Source: Craspedostauros australis | Taxonomy: Eukaryota | Reading direction: 5' to 3' | Length of the DNA stretch: 33,009 nt | Assembly: GCA_030167865.1 (NCBI GenBank) | Contig: JALAGF010000228.1 | Coordinates: 1-33,009 of the forward strand | Part shown: in pieces, positions 10,701 to 21,297 of the stretch | How the letters are laid out: each line of letters opens with the position of its first letter | Position numbering within the stretch: position 1 is the stretch's first letter | Translations under genes and position numbers: made by a program | Notes under the pieces: model-generated | Told to the model about the DNA's origin: nothing | What the model saw: only the letters and a program-made list of their open reading frames with translations | Databases searched by the model: none

Positions 10701-12579
10701 CGTGTACCATGCGCTAGTACGAACTGCCGTGTTCTGTGCTCTATGTCCCTTGATGTAAGTCCCGACATACCTACGAGTTGCAGTAAAGCAACTCCCAATC
10801 CGAGTCAAACCAAGGACACCTTCCTCATCGAAATGGATGCTTGTGTGTATTAACGCGTACGCCGTGCTCCTGTGCCCTTGGTGGGTTTCGAAGACTTTGT
10901 CCACAAGCGCTCTCACAGATGTCTGTCATTCTGCGATCCATTCTTCTCTCAGTTGGCTTCATCGCAGTGCAGCGTGCCTCTTCAAGGTGTGGGCACGAGT
11001 TGCTCGGAGGCTTCCGCGGGATCGCACCAACGACATCGTCTTTCTGGTGACTGTTGGAGGAAGGCAAGCACATCAATCTCGCATCCGCTGTATGGTAGCA
11101 CACTTAGCCTCCCTTTGTTGCGATGCAGTTCCTTGTGGACCTACTTTCTGGATCCGCTGTGGTTGTTCTGGCCCCTCCAAGTTCTCCTCTCGCTTTGCCG
11201 CGAAATTCTCTTCGATTTCTTCGCCATGCTGGTCCCAAGACCAAAAGAGGCAGTGCGAGTACCGACTATGTAGCCTCTCAGAAGAAAGGGCGAGACGTGT
11301 AGACGCTGCCAACGAGCATGGCGCACCAGCCCATGTCATGAGAGCACTCCCAATGTCCCAACTGCACTTACTCTTCGAGTTCACATCTAACCGCTTCACT
11401 CTGCTCAACTCCAAACACCAGTGTTCGAGAATTGCCAAGTTTTCGCGACATGGCAGTTCTGTAGCGCCTTCACTCCTTGGCGCTCAGAGAGAAAGACCAA
11501 CCGATTGGGATGTGGGATGTGGGTGTGGGTGGGTGTTGACGTTGATGTTGATGTTGTTGCAACGACGATCTTTGGTGTTATCCTTACTCTGTCTGGTTTT
11601 GCTACGATTGGCTGCGTGTAAATTTGTACCCAGTCCACCTTCCGTAGCGACAGCCTCTGCTAACCATGACCTCTTTGCCACGCTTGTGGAGGAAAATGTC
11701 CCTTCCAGGTGTGAGGATTTTCGCGTTGGTGCTGTTGGTGTTGAAGGGCCTTCGCGCCGTTCCAACCGAAATAATTGGCCGCGCACTCCTTCGCCTTGCG
11801 TCATGTTGCGAGGTGGCCCTCCGAAACGCTACTATTCCTCCGTGGACGCGTGACCGTGCCGCACGTGCGAGTGCCACACATTTGTACGAGGCGGATACTA
11901 CGTCCACGAAACGACGACACCTGTACCTCGTAGGACAAGTACCAAAGCCTACTATTCTTCGAGCTTGGGTACGAGTACGAGTACGAGCACAAGTCCGAAC
12001 ATGAGCAGGGACAGGCAGAGACGCCACGCTTCACAGCGACAACAACTTCAACGCACGCAGAGAACGAGGGGGGGAGAAGAAACAGAGCCACTCCGGCGTT
12101 CCGAAAAGGCGGGACCAACATCGACGACAGATACAAACCTCCAGCTCGTGCTTCATCAGGGCCAAATCCAAACTCGTGAGGAATCAACCCAGGAAAGCAC
12201 GAAGGTGCCAGCCACCCACCAAATTCCAACAACTTGCACACAAAAACAAGATCTGAGCCCAAACATACTCGCAAAATACTCCAACCAAGACACCACAACT
12301 CCACACAAACCACAAATTCACGAACCCACCAACCCCAAGACCACCCAAGACCGGTCAGTATTCGCACTTGTGCCATCCATACGACTACTCGTCGAAATAG
12401 CAATACAAGTGCATCATCACGCATCGACATCCCATCTCGACGCAAATTGCTGTCGATCTCTGTTTGCACCCACCACATTTGCCTTTCAGAGCACCTACAC
12501 CACAGCGTGCCATAACATAACATACTGTATCATATCACGCCACACAACACCACACCACACTCCACCATCCAAACCAACC

Positions 12580-14832
12580 ATGGCGAAACGAAAGAGCTGC
12601 TCCTCCAGCGTTGCATCAAGCCGCAGCAACGATGCGGACACCACGCAGCAGCAACAAGAGCCGCAACAGAAGTCACAGACGAAGTTGCAACTGGTGGTGC
12701 GCCCCGGGAACAAGGACATCCTATGCGGGAGGGGCACAGGACCGAGCAACTTCGTCGGCAATGTTGCATTTCGCCAACTGATCCAATCCAGGTCTTCGGA
12801 CTACCTGGATGCGATCATCCACGGAACCAAGACGACCATCGCGAAGGAGATCATCGGCAATGTCCACGAGAACGGAGGGCGATTCTTGACCAAGCTCGAC
12901 TCCAAGGAGATGTCGTTGCTGAGGTCTGCCTGCGAATCATCCAGCCTCCCTGCATCACCTCGCTTCGACATGGCCCATGTTCGTGAGATCATGGATGAAC
13001 ATGATGGTAAGTTGCTGCTGATGGGTACAACACAATGTTCTGCCCTGCTCTGCTCTGCTCTGTCGTGCTCTACTGTGCTCTTTATCCATCCAACATATCT
13101 TCGCGGTTTGGTGCGTTGCCTCTTGTATTCGGCACAGCGTTGCAATGTTGTGCCTTCGCTCTCCGAGGCTTTGGGAACTTGAGGCCTGTCTGCACAATCG
13201 AATCGTGTATCCGGACCTTGGTTGCTCCGTGATACCAATACGAGTGTGGTGCCCATATTCGCTTGAACCTTGCTCTCACATCGTCCATATCATGTCATGC
13301 CATGTCCATCCTCCCTCATCTCGTGCGTTTCGCCACTCATCGTGCAATCAGATCTGCCAGAGATTCTGTACGTCGTCATCACCGACGAAAACACCCTCAT
13401 CCAGAAGACGAAGCAGGCCTTCCGACATGTGACTCGGAAGCTTGGAGAGGCTGAAGTGTCGCCGTCAAGGTCGCAGACAGCATTCTCGTCTGCCAGCACT
13501 GGTGCGCCATCAACCATCTCCTTCGGCTCGCCGACCAAGCGAAGGAGAGGCATGTCCGACCCTTGCGGTGGAAGCATCAGCAACGGCACAGCCCATTCTC
13601 CTCGTGCCTCGCCACAACAGAGCTCGGGCCATGGCGCCTTCTCACCATCAGCGGTATCTCAATCTTCACGTGGCCGCCAGGCAAGCCGCCCTGATGATAC
13701 CCCGATGACCAGGGACGAATTGATCGAACAGCTCCTGAAAGCACAGGCACAAAGCCAAGAACACGACCTACAACAGACAAATTATCAGTCCCTGAATGCA
13801 GCCCCAGCTCCAGTTCAAGAGAAGGCACACTTCAACAATCAGATGCTTCTTCCTGGCGGGCTCGGTGTGGACGACCTCATGAGCGGCGCCCATGGCAAGA
13901 TTCGGCAAGACACCAAGCTCTTCCCCGGAGTGGGCCGCAGTCACATGCGCTATGGGCAGCAAAGCCCCTTGGTGGAGCAGGATCTTTCGCCTCTCTGCGC
14001 GGTTCTTGCTCGGCGCAACCAAGATGTCGTTGACAGAACCAAGCAGTTGCGCTTGAGACAAAGTAGTCCTCCCACATACTGTGCAGGATCAGGTCAAGGC
14101 GTCGAAGCCGAATTCAACGGCGATACGATCGCAAATCGCATGCTCGCTCGCTCGATGTCTCTCGATCGAACCCCAAATTCTGCGCATCAGGGGCAAAGCG
14201 CACACCAACTTCCTATTGGACCCACCCAGTGTGAACTGGAAGACAAGATCAGACAGTTGCAGAGTGATCGATTGGTCATGATGTCCAAGCAGAACCACGT
14301 GGAGAAGGTGCTGGCTGCGAAGCGGCTCAGAGAGTCGATTGTCGAAAGCTTGCACAGTCTTCAACAGCCTTCATCTCAGCAGCAGCAACAACAACGACAA
14401 CAACAACAGCTTAGGCAGCAGCAGATTCTACCACAGGTGACAACTTCAGGAATGGGTATTGATGCCAGGATCGCCTTGGCCAGGGCACTGCAGGAAGTAC
14501 CATCTCCAGTGGTCCCAAGCAAGCCAGCCAGCCAAACGTTGCTGGAGCTTGCAAGCAGGGAGAGCTCAGGCAGCGCTCTGCTCGACAGGATGCTCCTCGA
14601 ACGACACCACCAGGCGCAGCAAGCGAGACAAGCTCCGGCCCCAGCATCAAATCCAAACGAGTTATCATCCCTCCCGCTTCTTGTGCTGAGAGCAAGAGCG
14701 AGAGCAAGAACACAGGCGATGCTGGATGAAGCTGCAGCCGCTTCACCACAGCTGGTCATGTCCGCACCGATGGCTTCCTCATCGTTAATGCAGCAACAAC
14801 TCACTTTCCGTTCTCCCCACGGTGGTTTGTAA
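12580..14832 (+). CDS. DUF6824-domain protein (family expanded in diatoms, putative regulator) with a Q-rich low-complexity C-terminus; 2 exons, about 635 aa
   Basis: Exon 1 is 12580-13006, the intron is 13007-13351 (GTAAGT...TCAG, phase 1; alternative AG at 13360) and exon 2 is 13352-14832. The motif PGNKDILCGRGTGPSNFVGNVAFRQLI...KTTIAKEII..VHENGGRFL is completed after splicing by YVVITDENTLIQKTKQAFR. Confidence 0.85.
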
Positions 14833-15862
14833 CATGGGTAGAGGAGGTCATTCATCAGGACCGCACCCACTTGCGAACGACAGCGCGAGTTGTGCTGTGT
14901 TCTGTTGCCCTGTGTTTCACTGATCACAGCATGAATGAACAACGACATCGAACAGGTTTTGCTTCCGCACACAACTCGCATATATCATGTCCACCCTTCG
15001 ATGGAGTATAATCAAACACTTGTACCACATAATACGTAGTTCTGGCTGCTTCAGCGAAACAAAACGACACCAGGTTTTCTCTGGAGCACTCTTGTCAAAA
15101 TCGTGTGCAGAATCCGTTTCTCTCCACTGCATCGGGACCTACGAATGCCCTACTAATCCGAGAGTGTGGCAGTGTTAGTTTGCAGATTCGTTCTGCAACA
15201 CTGAGCGGCAAAAATGCAGGAGACTACCCCCAGAAAGAGAGTGTGAGTATGCCATTGAAGGTGTCATGCGTACTCAGGCCGACCACTCTCATGCAGAGGT
15301 ATGGAGGCGGGAGCACTACTGCGTTGGATTGTGCTTGGGTGCCCTCTGTCGAGTCAGCATCGTTCAAAGATACTTTGCTTCCAGTTGTGATCGAGAATCG
15401 GCCTCGCCAACCAATCTCGTGTGCCAAGGGAGAAAAAAATCAGATTGTTTAGGCGCAAGAGGCGTCTGCACAAACAAGAACAAGGGTCTGCAGATCTCGG
15501 TGGTTGATGGACTGGATGGCGCGTAGAGGCACAAAAGAACAGTGCAAAGCGAGGGTTCTCTTGTGGCCTTTCTGGGAGGCGACCTTTCTGTTCTGATGAG
15601 CACTTGAGACTTCGTGGAAACGCTCCTTGGGTCGAACCAATGCGCACGTAGATGCATTGACGCTGACCCTTTACAGCGCTCCATTCGGTCAGGGATGTCA
15701 ATAGTTGGATAGACCTCTTGAGCGTGAGATGCCCAAAGATCTAAGTGCAGGCGTATCGTGAGATGCCAAGTTCGAATCTCCCTCCCTTGAGTGTAATGCG
15801 AGGAGTCGACGGAGCAGGCGATGTTGGTGAAAAACCGCTCCGCCCAGCCCACTCGTCCATGC

Positions 15863-15886
15863 ATCTAATCTAATCTAATCTAATCT
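15863..15886. repeat. (ATCTA)n microsatellite, about 4.8 copies
   Basis: Read directly. Confidence 0.85.
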
Positions 15887-17847
15887 CTCTTTCTTCCTTT
15901 CGCTTTCTTGGATACAACGGACGCTCATGGTCTGATCCCATGGGGGCTTAGTCTTGGGACGTGCTTGTCTGTGGGGTTGCCGCAGGAGAACTCCTCCAGC
16001 ATGAAGTTCAACACAGGTTGCTTCTCCGTCATCAATCTGATCCATTAGTCAGTCGACAATCTATCTTGTTCTACTTGAACCTAGCATGCGTCGCCTACCT
16101 GTCTCTTGCCTCTGCTTGCGCCGGCCTGCTTGCATGCCTGCTCCCCTCCCTCCCTCCCTCAACGAACACAAAAGGTTGATCTGCCTCCGATTGATCTGAA
16201 GGAGTACCTTGCCGTTCGTGGCAAGTTGTGCTCCTGGTTTGCTCCCGCCTCGTTGCTGCAGTTTCTCATGTCGTGCCATTTGAGGAGTATCCTAATACGC
16301 TTGGAGGACTGACTGTCTTGGGTGACGCACGTTCTTCATGAGTACGAGTGTGAGTAAGAGAGGTCATTTCTATCTGCGTTGGATGGTGATAGTGGGGAGT
16401 AGCCTGGATGCTGTCCGGATGGAAGAGCGGATGGGTGGGGTCCCATACCCTTTGCCATACGGACTTGTATTGGCATGAGTAGGTACTGCTCCAGCATCTC
16501 CAACCCCAAGCTTGCGCAGACGCCAGCCACCTCGCAAGGACGCGAATACCTTCAGGAAGAGGTCTCTGCACAAATGCTATGAATAAGAATCTCTTTGAGC
16601 CTCATGGCTTTATTGTTCGGCTAGTGCGTGCCATACGTTACAGAGTACTGCTCCATGGTTGTGCTACCAAACTCTTGCGACATCGATTGTACGCAGGTAC
16701 TACTCGTGCTGCTGCACCCTTGATGTGGTCTATCTGCGCCATCACAAACGCACAGTATTTCTGTTTCTGTTTCCATGTTTCACGACAACAACGCATTTGG
16801 ATGGATTCGATTGTGGAACAGAAATGGCACCAACCAACGCTAGAAGCGCCGCGACCATAAATACTGGAATTGAGCGAACTGTGGTTGGGAAAGGAACTTG
16901 ACGAGGAGCGCTCAAAGTAGTCGGATTCTGAAAGAAGCGCCGACGTCAGTACGTCGAATTATCACGAACTTCCAGGTCCACGAAAACAGCACACCAAGAT
17001 GGCACCAAAGAAGCTCAGCAAAACATCAACGACGAACAGCACGCAACAGCCGAGAGAGAACATAGAACACCAGTGAATGAGAAAGAGAGGCATCTCACGT
17101 CAGCGACACAGACAGAGTCCCCAATCTCACAAGCATACGACCCACTCGTACGAACTACTCGCAGGAGGTAACAAACATACCCACGTCTGCCCTCCTCGAA
17201 GAGATCGTACTCTCCCAGCAGGGTGGCCCGACGCGACTGTGAATTCGCGACTGAGATCGCTGCTTCACTTCAAGCAACCTCCGCCCCGGCCCTCCCAAGC
17301 AGTCTCCATCCGCCAGAGCCAAGACGGATACCGTCCAGAGGTTCGACTACCGATAGTGCGTGAGGCTCCTGATCAGCAGCTTGGATTCTTCCGTCAGTTT
17401 CTTCCTGGTCGCGATCCTGTCTTGGGTTTCTGTGCACAAAGCACAACGAAACTTTCACGCAACGAGGGGCATTTGATTTGGGATTCGGCTCCCTTTGGGG
17501 TCACACTCGGAGGCCGCACCAGCACCACACCCGCATACAAGCAGCTCCCACAGCGATTGGAGTTTTGCTGACGCTGTTCCGTTTTTCCGAAGTCGACAAG
17601 ATCCAACGAAGAAGGTTGGGAACGTACTGCGATCTGTCCCAAGGTCAACAGCATTCCGCAGAACCTGGCCTCTGTAGCAGCGACGAAGACGGACTCGGAG
17701 ACAACAGAGAGGAGCGAAGTGGACAAGTTCTTCAGGGCGGTCGTGAAGATAGTGATAAAGACAGCGATGGCGGCGACGGCGACGACGATGATGATGTGTA
17801 TCACGAAGGAACAATGCGATCGATCATCATCGCTCAGCATAGTGATA

Positions 17848-19820
17848 ATGCAAGATGGTAATGCATCGCATCATCTTCGGATCCATCCAAGGGAACGAGT
17901 AGCGAGGTCTGCGAATCGAACATCGGCTTCCTCTGCTCCTTCGTCGTCGTCAGCATCATCATCATTGTCTTCATCGTCGCCCAGCCTGTCGCCATCGCCC
18001 ATACCTTCCGTGATTTGGAGGGCCGTCCAGATTGGCCTGATCCTGCTGACGCAAGCGACCACCGGAGATGCTCAAGCAACACGTCGAGTTCATTATGCCA
18101 AAGTATGCGATATTCAACAGAACATGGTCTTCCCTTTACCTCAGGCAGCGACTGGAGGGGGTGACAGGATGCTGCGACAACTTGCGTCGACTTCAACCGT
18201 GCCAGCAGTTTCAGCTTTTCCGCCACGCAGCGCCGCCAGCAGTATGATCCACACTGGCACGAAGAAACTACGTCAACACGAGAAGCGACGTGTATCGCTT
18301 GCGCTGGATCTCGATTGGAGCGTTTTCACAGCTGCTGTTGCTGCTGCTGCTGCATCTCCATACCACCACGAAAACAGCGGAGCACATCAACGACGAACAC
18401 CCGATGGCAGATTACTGCAAGACGAAGCAGGCTCGCAAGGTGCCACCGAGGGTGAAGCGGGCGCTTTTCCGGAACAAACTCAGACAGAGGAAGAATCCAT
18501 GCTCGTTCGACTGTGCGATTGCTACTACCTCGAGCTATCATCCGATGATGAAACTGACAATGGTAAAAATGTGCCTGATGGAGGCAATTCGACGTCGCCG
18601 TCCGTTTCCGTATGCCCAGCGACTGCCAATACGTGCGCTCTTCCAGTCGATCGCACGCAGCCGATCCATTGCTACCAATCAGACTCGGATTACGTATTCG
18701 TGCAGAATGTAAGTGCAGCAGAAAATCATGATTGGATTGCTTGCGGTGTGGTGGATATCCGACCCATCCACAAGCATTGCACAATACTACACGAGTACAA
18801 GCACTGCGTCAATTTGCCAACAACGTCTTAGCTTCACTTTACCATTATTGGTAACATGCAATCCACACCACAATCCACACTGCCTTTGTCTACCAATACA
18901 CTGACTTTCTCTCTCTCTCTCTCTCTCTCTCTGAACATCGAACTACCTAATTCATCTCCATGGCATAACCCACCGTACTTGCTCGTGCAATGTAGGCATG
19001 GCCACTTCTCATCCTTTGGTTCTCGTTCCTGCTCGCCATGTTTTGGTGCTCTGCGAGAGGATTTCATGCGCAGCACTACCTTTGGTCCTGCGCACGCGGC
19101 GGCGAAGAATGGAATGAGGAAGTTGTCGCGCACGTGACGAATTCGCAACGTGCAAACTCATCAGGCAACGGAGACACAGACGAGGCTGGAGGATCAGAGT
19201 CCGCACAACCTCGACCAAGACCATCCGCGAGGACCCCGATGGCACGCACGTGGGTGGAGCATCTGGAGGAATACCTGAGACATATACATCGCCAAGCTGT
19301 GTCGTTGCAATGGATCGAGCAACAGGAGGAACGGCTGCGCGAGCGACAGAATGCAATGCGAGATGCAAATAATGGCGGTGCGGGAGGTACAGCTGATGCC
19401 AGCGGCACTAACCAAGCAACATCGCAGATGACGGATGGCGCAGGCATCTCAGATCCAACGTTGATAACCCACGAGGATGGCATACCTCGCCTCCGTCTTC
19501 CGTTCTGCTTGCCCACAAAGCACTGGACGAAAGAGGATGAACATCAGTATCTACAGAATCATGGCGATGAGAAAGTGGAGAGTGACGTGGTGGATTCGAG
19601 TCGTCATGGCGACCAAAGCAACACCAGCACAAAGAACGAGGTTGGTATTGGAGGAAACGGTGAAGCCTGCTGCGCAATCTGCATCGTGGATATTGAAGTC
19701 GGTGACCGAGTTGGCAATTTGCCATGCCACCACGTATTCCATGTTGATTGTCTCAAGCCGTGGATCAAGAAGCAGAATGCGTGTCCGTTGTGCCACGCCA
19801 AAATTGTAAAGCCTCTGTGA
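17848..19820 (+). CDS. Membrane-anchored RING-H2 E3 ubiquitin ligase (ATL/RNF13-like topology); 2 exons, about 561 aa; start uncertain
   Basis: Exon 1 runs from about 17848 to 18708, the intron is 18709-18995 (GTAAGT...TGTAG, phase 0) and exon 2 is 18996-19820. Splicing creates the TM helix AWPLLILWFSFLLAMFWC. The C-terminus has CAICIVDIEVGDRVGNLPCHHVFHVDCLKPWIKKQNACPLC, a C3H2C3 RING-H2. Confidence 0.85.
18909..18932. repeat. (CT)12 microsatellite inside the RING gene intron
   Basis: Read directly. Confidence 0.95.
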
Positions 19821-20467
19821 ATGCGAGAGTCACTTGAAGCAGTCACTGTGCCTAACAGCACCAACAGCAAAAGCAGAAGCAGGTGGAGCCAACAAACACC
19901 AGTACGTACCATGGGTTGCGCCATTTGTGAGAGAGTTGGTGATAGAACAGCAATCTTGTATTATTGACAATAGTCTTGTGCATTTGTGTGCTCGTGCCAA
20001 GTGGAGTACCTAATGACACAACAACAAAACCGTGAATGACAAAATAATGTATGATAACAACGCTGCGTGGTATGCATCCATACTCGTACCTTAGGTACCC
20101 CAGGAACAAGATGTGTGCGTTGTGAATTGCAGTCCCTGTTGTTGGTAGTTTGAAAGCAGCCGATGGACTTGATAAGGCTACATTCTAGTTCAACCACAGT
20201 TAGACAGAAGTCGAGACACGAACAACATCAAAATGATGGTTGACACTTCAACTCCAACCGTATCTTTTCTCCGACCATCCGACCACACAAATGAGTCGCC
20301 ACCGATTCGAAAGCAGCGCACTCCATTCGAGGCATTGCACAGCTGCTTCATCCACCTACTCCATCGTTCCCAGTCTTCTCTCTCTTCTCTGTTTGGAGAG
20401 CCAATTGTGACATCCCACAACTACGATTCGCTTCCAATACGAGTAGAGAACTGTTATACGACATACG

Positions 20468-21266
20468 ATGACGCGGCCATCACGTTCAACCCTGTTGCCC
20501 ACGCCATTTCTGCGGCTGTTTGCGATCATCGCTTTGTGCGTGTGGCGACCGTTGATCTTCCTCGCACCCATTTTGATTGCCTCCTATGCTTGCGGAAGCG
20601 CCAGCGCGAGTCCAAATGCCGCAGCCGCATCGCCGCAGAAGCTGGTGATCGGCGTGGACGGCGGCACAGAATCCATCCGCGCCTGCTGCTTCGACGCCAA
20701 GACGGGGTGCGTCGTGGGAAAGTCCTGCGCCGTGCCGTACGTCACGCATCATCCTCAACCGGGTTGGGCGGAGCAGGAACCGGCCGATTGGTATGCCAAT
20801 CTAGGACAGGCCGTGCGTGGCGCGTTGCTATCGTTGGAGCATGCGGACGGCGAATTCGAAGTCTGCGGGCTGTGCGTGGACACCACCTGCTGTTCGGTCG
20901 TCGCGTTGGATCGCGAGATGGAACCGCTGCGGCGTTGCCTGCTTTGGATGGATGCGAGATCTGCGCAGCAGACCAAAGAAATCCTCGAGACGTGCTGTGG
21001 CGATCCAGCGCTGGATATCAACTGCGGCGGAGAAGGGCCGTTGTCAGCGGAGTGGATGATCCCGAAGGCGTTGTGGATTCGGCAGACAGAGCCAGAAGTG
21101 TGGGAGAAGGCGACCACGATCTGCGAGTATCAGGACTACATCAACTACAAGCTCACTGGCAAGATGGTGGCAAGCTCCTGCAACGCGGCCACGCGATGGC
21201 ATTGGAATGGAAAGGAATGCATCGAGCAACCCCTACAAAACATCAACAAGAACAACAACAACAAGA

Positions 21267-21297
<31 letters not shown>

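Noticed and set aside
11804-11818. Second LRGG (MLRGG) in the 10837-11853 ORF
   Set aside because: It lies in an unsupported ORF, which also shows that the motif can arise by chance.
10837-11853. 338-aa ORF on the + strand
   Set aside because: No recognisable motif, Cys/Arg/Ser-rich composition typical of a non-coding frame, and it runs through simple repeats.
11965-12579. N-terminal extension of the DUF6824 ORF
   Set aside because: Starts at a non-ATG codon and crosses CA-rich promoter/UTR-like sequence; ATG 12580 in a caaccATG context is the better start.
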